Source of the DNA: Patescibacteria group bacterium
GTDB taxonomy: Bacteria; Patescibacteriota; Minisyncoccia; Minisyncoccales; JAHCRE01
Reading direction: 5' to 3'
Assembly (NCBI GenBank): GCA_020148025.1
Contig: JAHCRH010000002.1
Span: 1-60,975, forward strand
DNA: 60,975 bases
A program made the position numbers and the translations under genes. Below the pieces are notes generated by a model. That model saw only the letters and a program-made list of their open reading frames with translations, was not told the origin of the DNA and searched no databases. Below, piece after piece: positions 52,667 to 60,975 of this stretch (position 1 is its first letter; every line of letters begins with the position of its first letter).

Positions 52667-53794
52667 TTAGATTGTTGTTTTCGAAATATTGAGTAGTATT
52701 CCTACTCCAATGAGTTCGACGATTAGATGGGATGCTCCATAACTGATAAAGGGTAAAGGAATGCCGGTTAGGGGCAGTAGACCTATCATTGATCCGATAT
52801 GCAAAAAGGCTTGTAAGGCTATCCAGGAGCTAATTCCCAAAGCTACCAATTTAGAAAATTTATTCGGGGATTTTTTTGAAATTTCAAACCCTCGCCAGAA
52901 AAAAATTAAGAAAAGCGAAATCAAAATTAAAGAACCAATAAACCCGGTTTCCTCAGCAAAGATAGCAAAAATTGAATCAGCTATTGGGTGAGGCAAAAAG
53001 CCAAATTTTTGAAGTGACATTCCCAAACCCAAACCTGAAATTCCTCCCGATCCCACGGTAATTAATGCCTGTTTTGACTGATAACCCATACCCATTGGAT
53101 CGATTCCAGGATTTAAAAAAACTAAAAGTCTTTCCATTCGGTAAGGAGCCAGCTCTACTAAAGCTATGAGCGAGCCTGAAATAATTAAAACTATTAAAAT
53201 AGTATACCAGAAAGGGGTTTTGGCTGAAAAATACATTAATATGGCAATAGAGATAATCAATCCCAGGGTACTGAGATCTGGTTGAAAAATTAAAAATAGG
53301 CTAATTAATCCAATGACTATTAAAAAAGCAATTAATTTTATTTTTTCGTTAATTCCTTTTTTTTGATTTTTACTTCTTTCTTTTAAAGAAGAAAAATCAC
53401 TTTTCGTTAACCAGCTAGCTAAATAGATTATAAAAGTAAGTTTTAGAAGTTCTGAGGGCTGAAAAGAAACAGGACCTAGAGATATCCATCTGGTTGCCCC
53501 GCCAATCGAAACTCCAAGATTTGGGATAAAAACCATTCCTAAGAATCCCAAGCTGATTAAAAACAAAATCAGAACTATTTTTTTTAGAAAGGCCAGGGGA
53601 ATTTTAAAAAAGAGAAAAGCTAAAATTGCGCCTGGTAAAAACCCAAAGAGAATTTGTCGCTTTAAATAATAGAAAGTTTGACCAAATCTTTCCTGAGAAA
53701 AAGAAGCCGAGACACTATATACTATTAAAACTCCTAAAATCACTAAAATCACCAAAACTCCAATTAAAATATAGTCAGGATGTTGAGTTTTCAT
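52667..53794 (-). CDS. ftsW: SEDS-family peptidoglycan polymerase (FtsW/RodA)
   Basis: Ten-TM profile. [15 protein letters not shown]-like and ISYGAS motifs. Confidence 0.88.
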   Translation of the reverse strand: MKTQHPDYILIGVLVILVILGVLIVYSVSASFSQERFGQTFYYLKRQILFGFLPGAILAFLFFKIPLAFLKKIVLILFLISLGFLGMVFIPNLGVSIGGATRWISLGPVSFQPSELLKLTFIIYLASWLTKSDFSSLKERSKNQKKGINEKIKLIAFLIVIGLISLFLIFQPDLSTLGLIISIAILMYFSAKTPFWYTILIVLIISGSLIALVELAPYRMERLLVFLNPGIDPMGMGYQSKQALITVGSGGISGLGLGMSLQKFGFLPHPIADSIFAIFAEETGFIGSLILISLFLIFFWRGFEISKKSPNKFSKLVALGISSWIALQAFLHIGSMIGLLPLTGIPLPFISYGASHLIVELIGVGILLNISKTTI

Positions 53795-55176
53795 TTATTT
53801 TTCCCTAAAAGCTTTACTTCTCTTTTAAATAAATTCCCCCTTTCACGATAATTTTTAAAGAGATTAAAACTGGCTGCAGCAGGAGATAACAAACAGATTT
53901 TTCCTTTTTTTGTATTTTGATAGCAAAACTTTACCGCCTCTTTCATATTATCTACAAAAAAACACTTCAATTTATTTCCATAGGTCGGACCTCTGGCAGA
54001 TTTTTGGATTTGGCGCCAGATTCTTTTTCCTGTATCAGGAAATAAAATTACTGTCTTAATATTGCTATTTAAAATCTTTTTTGCTAATTTCTTGAAATTC
54101 CGCCCTCTATCAAATCCTCCAAGAATAATTGTTTGAAGATTTTTTTCAAGAGTATCAATCGCTGCAATTGTGGCTTCGGGAATTGTTGATAGAGAATCAT
54201 TATAAAATCTTATACCAGAGAACCTTCCAACAAATTCTAATCTATGAGGTAAGGGTTTAAATTTTTTAATAGCTTTTGCAATATCTTTTTCAGAAACTCC
54301 AAAAATTTTTCCTACCATAATCGCTGCCATTACATTTTGAAGATTGAATTTCCCAATCAAAGGAATCTTCTTAATTTTTTTCGTAATTCGTTTAAATTCG
54401 TAATTCGTAGGGCTAATAGGGATTTTTCTGGCTTTTGATTTTTCAGCGATTTTTCTGACAATTTTATCTCGAGAGTTAAAAATCAAATAATCTTTTTTTG
54501 TCTGATAACGAGTGATATTCGCTTTGGCTCTTACATATTCTCTAAAGTTCTTGTAATAGTCTAAATGCTCAGGAAAAACATTCAAAAAAACAGCAATTTG
54601 AGGACTTTTTTTGAGATTGAATAGTTGATGGGAAGATAATTCGTAAACGTAAGCATCTTTTTTGGTAGCAGAAAATAAGAGTGATAATACCGGTCTTCCA
54701 ATATTTCCAACCAGATGAGCTTGGATTCCAGCTTCTTTTAATATTTTATAGATCAAAGAGGCGGTTGTGCTTTTCCCTTTCGTTCCCGTAACACCTATAA
54801 TTTTTCCCGGGCAATTTTCAAGAAAAATTTCAGTTTGAGAAGTAATTTTTTGCCCTTTTTTCAAGAACGGCTTTAAAATTTTCGGTGAAACTCCAGGTGA
54901 CTTTATTATAACATCATAATTTTTAAGCGACTTTAGATAATTCTCACCCAAATGCAGCTTCACCTTTTTATCTGACTTAATCACTGTCTTCGCTTGATTA
55001 CTTAATTCACTTAATTTCAGCCTATCCCCCACCCCCAAAATTTTCTTTGGAAAAAGCTTTCTCAGAAATTTAAAATTATCTACCCCCTCTCTTCCAAAAC
55101 CCAAAATTAATATTCTTTTATTTTTTAGTTTATCTCTTATTTTAAAATCTCGCATTCTACTTTTAAAATAACACAA
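53791..55176 (-). CDS. murD: UDP-N-acetylmuramoylalanine--glutamate ligase
   Basis: [12 protein letters not shown]-loop and Mur-ligase domain order. The start may be the internal M at 55155. Confidence 0.88.
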   Translation of the reverse strand: MCYFKSRMRDFKIRDKLKNKRILILGFGREGVDNFKFLRKLFPKKILGVGDRLKLSELSNQAKTVIKSDKKVKLHLGENYLKSLKNYDVIIKSPGVSPKILKPFLKKGQKITSQTEIFLENCPGKIIGVTGTKGKSTTASLIYKILKEAGIQAHLVGNIGRPVLSLLFSATKKDAYVYELSSHQLFNLKKSPQIAVFLNVFPEHLDYYKNFREYVRAKANITRYQTKKDYLIFNSRDKIVRKIAEKSKARKIPISPTNYEFKRITKKIKKIPLIGKFNLQNVMAAIMVGKIFGVSEKDIAKAIKKFKPLPHRLEFVGRFSGIRFYNDSLSTIPEATIAAIDTLEKNLQTIILGGFDRGRNFKKLAKKILNSNIKTVILFPDTGKRIWRQIQKSARGPTYGNKLKCFFVDNMKEAVKFCYQNTKKGKICLLSPAAASFNLFKNYRERGNLFKREVKLLGKNK

Positions 55177-55283
55177 ATTTTCGATAAAAGATAGATTTTC
55201 AGAACAAAAAAGTCTCTAGCAGGATTTCCTTTTTAAAAACAGGATCCCTACTAGAGACCGATGTGTAGAGAAGGAGGTATGTT

Positions 55284-55442
55284 CTAGTTTCCGTAGTCCC
55301 TATTAATGGCTTGTCGAGTGATTTTTCTTCGACCCCTTGGTTTCCTAACTGAAACTGGAATAATTTCTCCTCCTTTGACTACATTGCGTCTGAACAATTT
55401 CAGTATCTTTCTATCCAGTACGGCTACACCTTCTCTTGGCAT
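55284..55442 (-). CDS. Small basic hypothetical protein (52 aa)
   Basis: GGAGGTG SD 5 nt before the ATG: MPREGVAVLDRKILKLFRRNVVKGGEIIPVSVRKPRGRRKITRQAINRDYGN. Followed by a long imperfect hairpin (about 55213-55259). Not in the ORF track (under 60 aa). Confidence 0.5.
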   Translation of the reverse strand: MPREGVAVLDRKILKLFRRNVVKGGEIIPVSVRKPRGRRKITRQAINRDYGN

Positions 55443-55501
55443 TGTTTCACCTCCGCTACCATTGTTTTACAATATGAATTATAGCAAATTATCAGAATTT
55501 G

Positions 55502-56917
55502 TCAAGAGCTAACGGACTTTTTAAGTATTTTTTCAAATTCTTTCGTTAAATTATGCTGATTGTTCCAGGAATTTATTATTTTTTTTGATTCTTTTTCTAG
55601 ATTTTTAAATTTTGGCAAAATATTTTTTTCAAAATACTTCAAAAGAAACGGCAGCCTGACAGAGGCCCGTCCTCTGTATTTTCTCGAGCTTAAATAAAAG
55701 GCAATCAGGCTTTCTTTTTTTGTTCCAACGCATTCAAATGGTTTGAATTTCTTTTCGCCAATCAATTCTAACATCGTTGGTAAAAAAGAAATTCTTTCAA
55801 AGATATTTTCCCCGAATATTTTTACCAATCGATATCCCCCCAAAAATGGATAAAGGGTAGCGAAAACAAATAGACATTTTGGGCATTTTTTACACCATCT
55901 TTCTATCGGCTCCTTTTTCCCAGAATAAGTTTTAAAGGCCTCATTGCAACTTATGAAAGAAGAAAAATATTTAGGATATTTTGTGAACAATTTTGCAATT
56001 TGAATTTCATAAACCGGTCTTAAAAAACTGGAATATTCAATATTTTTTGCCAGATATTTTTTTGAATACCTTCGAAACTTTTTCTCAAAGTCAAAACTTT
56101 TAGAATACTGATGATTAATTACTTTTCCTAGATATTTCAAATTTCCTTCATTTGAACTTCTTTCATTTGAAAAAGCAATATATTTAAAGTCAAACAAAAC
56201 CGCACATAAAACACTCAAAAAAGCCAAATAAGCAGAAAAAGGAGTGTGACCATTTAAAAATCCTTTTTGATTTAATTCTAAGAGTTTTTTATCGATTTTC
56301 CTTTTAACAATAATTGGCTTCTTGCAACCTGCAATTTTCATTATTTTTTTTGAAGCCTTTGTTGGACTTAAAGAAAAACAAGTAATATTTCTTTTTGTCT
56401 TCTTTAATATCTCTAAAGTAACAATTGAATCTTTTCCTCCTCCCACTGGCACCAATATTCTGTTTTTCAATTCCTCCCTTATTACGAGAACTGTTCTCGT
56501 AGTATTATCTTTTCGGTCTGAGATTATTTTTAAAAAATTTGGTTTCAAAAAATCGATTTTATTTTCATAAAAAAATTGGCCCATTCCCTTGATTATTAAA
56601 TTTTTCCACCATCTAATTTGTTCTTTATTTAAAAAGCCAGCTAAAATTTCAATTTCTGGCGAGCAAGTCGCCTTCCAATAACTTAAAATTTCAACTAAAC
56701 CCAGATGAAAAACCAAATTATCTAATATCCCCTCCCCCATTCTTTTAATTTGATTTTTGTCAATATTTTTTATAACTACTTCTGGTCGAAACTTGATATC
56801 GGATCCAGTCCTAAAATCAAAAGAAATTTTTAAATCTTTTCCCGAAATTTTCCAAGAATAATTTTCATAAATAAATCTTGGATATTTTTTTCTTAAGATA
56901 AGATATTTTTTGGGCAT
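55502..56917 (-). CDS. PP-loop-like ATP-binding protein embedded in the cell-wall cluster (possible MurL-type epimerase)
   Basis: VPVGGGKDSIVTLE resembles the SGGxDS PP-loop. Located between mraY and murD. The assignment is inference only. Confidence 0.4.
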   Translation of the reverse strand: MPKKYLILRKKYPRFIYENYSWKISGKDLKISFDFRTGSDIKFRPEVVIKNIDKNQIKRMGEGILDNLVFHLGLVEILSYWKATCSPEIEILAGFLNKEQIRWWKNLIIKGMGQFFYENKIDFLKPNFLKIISDRKDNTTRTVLVIREELKNRILVPVGGGKDSIVTLEILKKTKRNITCFSLSPTKASKKIMKIAGCKKPIIVKRKIDKKLLELNQKGFLNGHTPFSAYLAFLSVLCAVLFDFKYIAFSNERSSNEGNLKYLGKVINHQYSKSFDFEKKFRRYSKKYLAKNIEYSSFLRPVYEIQIAKLFTKYPKYFSSFISCNEAFKTYSGKKEPIERWCKKCPKCLFVFATLYPFLGGYRLVKIFGENIFERISFLPTMLELIGEKKFKPFECVGTKKESLIAFYLSSRKYRGRASVRLPFLLKYFEKNILPKFKNLEKESKKIINSWNNQHNLTKEFEKILKKSVSS

Positions 56918-56942
56918 TAAAATATATAAATTTTGTCAAGAA

Positions 56943-58004
56943 TTAACCAAGGAGTCTTATAGCGACTCCTATAATCGCCATGAGAATACCAATTACCCAA
57001 AATCGCATTGTCACTTTGTAATGGGGCCAGTTCTTTGCTTCAAAATGGTGATGAATTGGAGCGGCTAAAAATATTTTTTTCTTTCCGAATTTTTTTGAAA
57101 GAAGTTGCAAAATTACTGAGCCTGATTCAATAACTAATAAAAAGCCAATGATTGGTAAAACCAAGACCGAATCAGTCAAAAAAGCAACAACAGTGAGGAC
57201 GGCACAAAGACCTAAAATTCCGGTTTCTCCCATATAAAATCTGGCCGGTGGAATATTAAACCACAAAAATGCTAAGGTTGCTCCCAAAATTACGGTGCAA
57301 AAGGCAGCAATATCTATTTGACCTCGAGATAAAGCAATTGTCGCATAAGCACCGAAAATTGAAGCAAAAATTCCTCCTGCCAACCCATCCAAACCATCAA
57401 TTACTCCACCTGAATAAGTTGCCATCATCACTAAAACAAAAAAAGGAATATACCAGATTCCAATTGTAAAATCTCCTACTCCCGGAACATGCAAAGTTCT
57501 CCAGCCAAGTTTGGAATAAAACCAAAAACCCCCAATTAGCCCAATCAAACAAACTAAAATAAGGCGAGTTTTAAGACTTAATCCTCCACCAATATATTTT
57601 CCTCTGCCAAAAATCTGGAAAAGGTCATCAACCAATCCCAATAAAGAGGCGGCAACCAAAGCAAAAAGGGGCAGCCAGGTCTGTGATCTGCTTAAAAAAT
57701 TTAATTTGTCTAACCACCAGATATCACTAATTTTTGAAATGCCCCAAAATAAAAAAATTAAAATTAAAGCAGTTACCCAGATGAGTAAACCTCCAAATCT
57801 GGGAATGCGAATTTCCTCTTTTCCGTGAAATTTTTGAAAAAAAGAGACCTCTCCCCCATCTATTGCTTTGCCCCTTACTTCTTTTCGCCAGAGTTTATAT
57901 TTGTATAAAAAATGAGTTAAAATTGGGGTTAACAAAAAGGCTACAATAAACCCAAAGGCTCCCAGGGCAAAAATTTTAATAACGTCTATGGGTAATTCCG
58001 GCAT
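56943..58004 (-). CDS. mraY: Phospho-N-acetylmuramoyl-pentapeptide transferase
   Basis: Multi-TM profile. GLVDD, DGLDGLA and APIHHHFE motifs. Confidence 0.92.
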   Translation of the reverse strand: MPELPIDVIKIFALGAFGFIVAFLLTPILTHFLYKYKLWRKEVRGKAIDGGEVSFFQKFHGKEEIRIPRFGGLLIWVTALILIFLFWGISKISDIWWLDKLNFLSRSQTWLPLFALVAASLLGLVDDLFQIFGRGKYIGGGLSLKTRLILVCLIGLIGGFWFYSKLGWRTLHVPGVGDFTIGIWYIPFFVLVMMATYSGGVIDGLDGLAGGIFASIFGAYATIALSRGQIDIAAFCTVILGATLAFLWFNIPPARFYMGETGILGLCAVLTVVAFLTDSVLVLPIIGFLLVIESGSVILQLLSKKFGKKKIFLAAPIHHHFEAKNWPHYKVTMRFWVIGILMAIIGVAIRLLG

Positions 58005-58016
58005 ACCGCTATCTAG

Positions 58017-58967
58017 TTACTGGTTATTAATTACTGAATTGATTAACTTTTTCATTTCTTCAAATTTATTTTCTGATCCCAAAATCACATTTATTAAAAA
58101 ACCCTTATTTTTCGGGGCTTTCAAAACCAAAAGAAAACATCCTTTGGCTTCAGGAAGAAAGCCTGTTTTCCCCCCAACTGTTTGTGGTATTTCCCCCAAA
58201 AGTTCATTAGTATTTAAAAGTTTGTGATGGAAGACTCCGTCTGGTCCATAAAGATCAAATTCGGGTTCTCCCAAAATCTCCCAGATTAAAGGTCTTTCCA
58301 ACAAATGTTTTGTTAAAATAATTAGATCTTTTACACTCGACCGGTTTTCTGAAGAAATTCCAGTGGAATCTACAGAATAACTATTTTCCATTCCCAAAAA
58401 TTTTGCCTCCAAATTCATCAAACCAACAAACCCCTCCTCACCGATTATTTCTGTCAGCGCGAAGGCTGCGTCATTACTCGATTCAATTAGCATGATATAT
58501 AAAAGGTCTTTCACTGAGAGACGCTCCCCGATTTTTAGATCTCCAAAATCCTCTGTTTGAAAAACCGCCTCTTGAGAAATTTCAATAGTTTGGGAAAGAT
58601 CAGGATAATATTCCAAAACAACATTAGCAGTCATTAATTTAGCCAAGCTGGCAATTGGTAAAACTTTTTCAATTTCTTTTTCAAATAAGATTTTTTCCTC
58701 CCCATCTGGCTTTATCCATACAGAAACAACTGATTCCGCTTGAATTGCCAGAGGCCCGTCCTCTGGCAATTTGGGAATTTTTTGAGTTTCAAATTGCCTA
58801 ACATTCAGCTGGGCAATAAATATCTGAGGGTTTTCAATTATTTCCTGCCAAAAGAAAAGATCTTCCAAATTTTTTTCAAAGAGATTCATCCCCCACCAAA
58901 AAGGCAAACTAAATACTAAGGCAACAAAAAAATATTTTAGATTCTCGTATTTTAGAGTTTCAATCAT
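58017..58967 (-). CDS. D-alanyl-D-alanine carboxypeptidase (S11 penicillin-binding protein)
   Basis: SLAK (SxxK), SSND (SxN) and GGKTGF (KTG). Confidence 0.85.
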   Translation of the reverse strand: MIETLKYENLKYFFVALVFSLPFWWGMNLFEKNLEDLFFWQEIIENPQIFIAQLNVRQFETQKIPKLPEDGPLAIQAESVVSVWIKPDGEEKILFEKEIEKVLPIASLAKLMTANVVLEYYPDLSQTIEISQEAVFQTEDFGDLKIGERLSVKDLLYIMLIESSNDAAFALTEIIGEEGFVGLMNLEAKFLGMENSYSVDSTGISSENRSSVKDLIILTKHLLERPLIWEILGEPEFDLYGPDGVFHHKLLNTNELLGEIPQTVGGKTGFLPEAKGCFLLVLKAPKNKGFLINVILGSENKFEEMKKLINSVINNQ

Positions 58968-60336
58968 TTTTTTTCCTTGCCCGCCGAAGCCTCGGCGAAG
59001 GCGGGTTCTTTGGCTTTAAAGTAGATAGTCTTTGATCAATTCTTGCCATATCGCGAGGAAAGAAACTGGCCTCCCGAAGATTTTTTAATCCCAAAACTTG
59101 TTTTGTGATTCTTTCAGCTCCCAGAGCAAAACCACCTTCAGGTGGCATTCCATATTTGAAGGTCTGCAAATAAAATTTGAAATCTTTTACTTTTCCTCCA
59201 AATTTTTTTATATTTTTTAGAAGTTTTTCATATTCATGAATTCTCTGACCACCAGTAACTATTTCCATTCCTTTATAAAGAAGGTCGAAACTTAAAGTAT
59301 ATTCTGGATCTTCAGGGTCAGGATAGGTATAAAATGGTCGCTTTTTACTTGGGAAATGAGTAATAAAAACGAGTTCAGTGTTCTTTTTTTCTTTCGCCCA
59401 CTGGCAAATTTCTTTTTCATCTTCGGGTGTTAAATCTGCTTCTCGTCGGTTATCTCTTCCGGTACGTTCAAATATAATTTCCTGAGCTTCCCGCAATTTT
59501 AATCGAGGAATTGGAATTCCTAAACTGGGAATACTTTGGCCAAATATCTTTAATTCTTTTTTACAGTTTTTCTTCAAATCAGAAAAGATATTATAAATTA
59601 GAATCTGGCAGATATCCATCAAATCTTCCCAAGAATCAATAAAGCCCATCTCTACGTCTAAACTTATATATTCACACAAATGCCGGGTAGTGACACTGGG
59701 CTCAGCTCGGTAAGCCCTAGTAACAGTAAAAACTCGTTCAAAAACCCCAACTAAAATTTGTTTGTAAAGCTGGGGACTTTGGGCGAGATAAGCATCGTAA
59801 TCAAAATAATCAATACGGAAAACCTCAGCTCCACCTTCAGTAGCAACCGGCACAATTGTCGGGGCCTGAAACTCAAAAAAGCCCAAATCTTTCATATTCT
59901 TTCTAAAACTTTCAATAATTTTTTCTTGAACCCGAAAAATAGCTTTGATTTTCGGATGGCGCAATGTTATTGGCCGATAATCCAAAAGCGTAGGTAAGCT
60001 CACCTTTAATTCTTGATTCCTTAAATCAAAGGGAAGAGAAGCTGCTTTAGCTAAAATTTCAATTTTTGATACTTGAATTTCTATTTTGCCGGTTTCCAGT
60101 TTAGGATTTATCATATCAGCTGGCCTTTTATTAACTTTTCCCTCCACAGCTAAAACATATTCATCTTTTATATCCTTGGCTAATTTTGAAGGACAGACTA
60201 CCTGAACGATTCCGGATCTATCTCTTAAATCCAAAAAAACTATCCCTCCGTGGTCTCTTCTGGAATTTACCCATCCGCAAACCTTTACTTTTTTATTGAG
60301 TTTTTTTGCTGTTTCTATATTGAGAATTCTCTGCAT
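58960..60336 (-). CDS. aspS: Aspartyl-tRNA synthetase, archaeal/type-2 short form, with a basic C-terminal extension
   Basis: OB-fold N-terminus, class II motifs (FRAEPSVTTRHLCEY, GGQRIHEYE, GFALGAERI). The extra tail PKNPPSPRLRRARKKND is encoded by a GC-rich palindrome. Confidence 0.88.
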   Translation of the reverse strand: MQRILNIETAKKLNKKVKVCGWVNSRRDHGGIVFLDLRDRSGIVQVVCPSKLAKDIKDEYVLAVEGKVNKRPADMINPKLETGKIEIQVSKIEILAKAASLPFDLRNQELKVSLPTLLDYRPITLRHPKIKAIFRVQEKIIESFRKNMKDLGFFEFQAPTIVPVATEGGAEVFRIDYFDYDAYLAQSPQLYKQILVGVFERVFTVTRAYRAEPSVTTRHLCEYISLDVEMGFIDSWEDLMDICQILIYNIFSDLKKNCKKELKIFGQSIPSLGIPIPRLKLREAQEIIFERTGRDNRREADLTPEDEKEICQWAKEKKNTELVFITHFPSKKRPFYTYPDPEDPEYTLSFDLLYKGMEIVTGGQRIHEYEKLLKNIKKFGGKVKDFKFYLQTFKYGMPPEGGFALGAERITKQVLGLKNLREASFFPRDMARIDQRLSTLKPKNPPSPRLRRARKKND

Positions 60337-60338
60337 AG

Positions 60339-60710
60339 TTATTTGGGTAAGTAATGTTTAATTTTCTCGACGATTTCTTGGGGGGTGAAGTCGGTCTTAA
60401 TTATGTATTCTTTAGCGCCCAATTCTAAAGCCTTTTTTCTTACATCAGGATGATCGTAATTTGAGAGAGCGACAACTGGAATTGAGGCAATTTCTGGATC
60501 TTTCTTTCTCTCTTCTAGGAGGAAAATTCCATCTTTTTCGGGCAGTAAAATATCAAGAATTATTAAATCCGGTTTTTCTTTTTTAGCCAATTTTAACCCC
60601 TTCTCAGCATCAATTGATAAAATCATCTCATAACCCTCCTGAGAAAACTTCTCTTTATACATCTCAAGCAAAATTTTTTCGTCCTCAATTAACAAGATTT
60701 TTTTTGCCAT
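60339..60710 (-). CDS. Single-domain response regulator (CheY-like receiver)
   Basis: KILLIEDEKIL ... DLIILDILLPEKDG ... PVVALSN. Confidence 0.88.
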   Translation of the reverse strand: MAKKILLIEDEKILLEMYKEKFSQEGYEMILSIDAEKGLKLAKKEKPDLIILDILLPEKDGIFLLEERKKDPEIASIPVVALSNYDHPDVRKKALELGAKEYIIKTDFTPQEIVEKIKHYLPK

Positions 60711-60724
60711 AATTTCAAATTTTT

Positions 60725-60975
60725 TTAACTTTTTACTGGAAGCTCTATGTAGAAAGTTGAGCCTTTATCTTTCCCCGGAGATTCAGCCCATACCTTGCCT
60801 TGGTGCATCTCGACGAATTTCCGGGCGATATAAAGACCCAAACCTGTCCCTTCTGTCCAAAGTCGCATTCCGGCCCTTCCTCGAGTCATAACTTCAAAAA
60901 GTATATCAATCTCCCCTTTCTCCATTCCAACCCCGGTATCAGAAACCTTTATTCTTAATTCAGAATTCATTCTCC
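60725..60975 (-). CDS. Sensor histidine kinase, C-terminal HATPase_c fragment (5' end outside window)
   Basis: VSDTGVGM (G1) and GTGLGLYIARKFVEMHQG (G2 box). The ORF is open to the window edge. Confidence 0.85.
   Translation of the reverse strand, partial: RMNSELRIKVSDTGVGMEKGEIDILFEVMTRGRAGMRLWTEGTGLGLYIARKFVEMHQGKVWAESPGKDKGSTFYIELPVKS

Overview
This is an AT-rich bacterial chromosome segment. Its gene content suggests a reduced-genome Patescibacteria/CPR-like organism; this is inferred from many tiny ORFs, an archaeal-type signal peptidase, DUF5661/DUF2207/LemA-type genes and leaderless promoters. No database search was possible.

Layout:
- 1-5.7 kb: housekeeping genes (dnaJ 3' end, tRNA-Lys, ctpA, rplI, pyrG, rpmA, uppS).
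- 5.7-10 kb: a small insert carrying a tyrosine recombinase and two paralogous structured RNA-like modules, each bounded by a promoter and a terminator.
- 10-21 kb: a run of minus-strand accessory and envelope genes (Nudix, response regulator, CYTH, MazG-like, LemA/DUF2207, Cys-rich secreted proteins).
- 21.2-38.1 kb: a DNA-modification/defence island. It contains a gamma-type MTase with a PD-ExK partner, a SIR2 + DUF262 operon with a convergent MTase, a PIN-like protein with an 84-bp tandem repeat, a PD-ExK/PUA-like protein, an EndoIII-like glycosylase, and an HTH-coupled 982-aa Type IIG/IIL enzyme.
- 38-49 kb: mixed accessory genes that look less AT-rich by eye.
- 49.9-61 kb: housekeeping genes (gltX, murG, ftsW, murD, a PP-loop protein, mraY, dac, aspS, two-component genes).

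No CRISPR array, rRNA, reverse transcriptase or transposase was seen. Only one tRNA is present.

The non-coding DNA is unusual. It is built from several families of short, sequence-conserved modules reused dozens of times, and some of them bracket the defence cassettes.

The best candidate for a novel system is the SIR2 + DUF262 (ParB-like) + MTase cassette at 26.7-30.3 kb, which is flanked by 52-nt direct repeats.

All functional calls rest on motifs read by eye.
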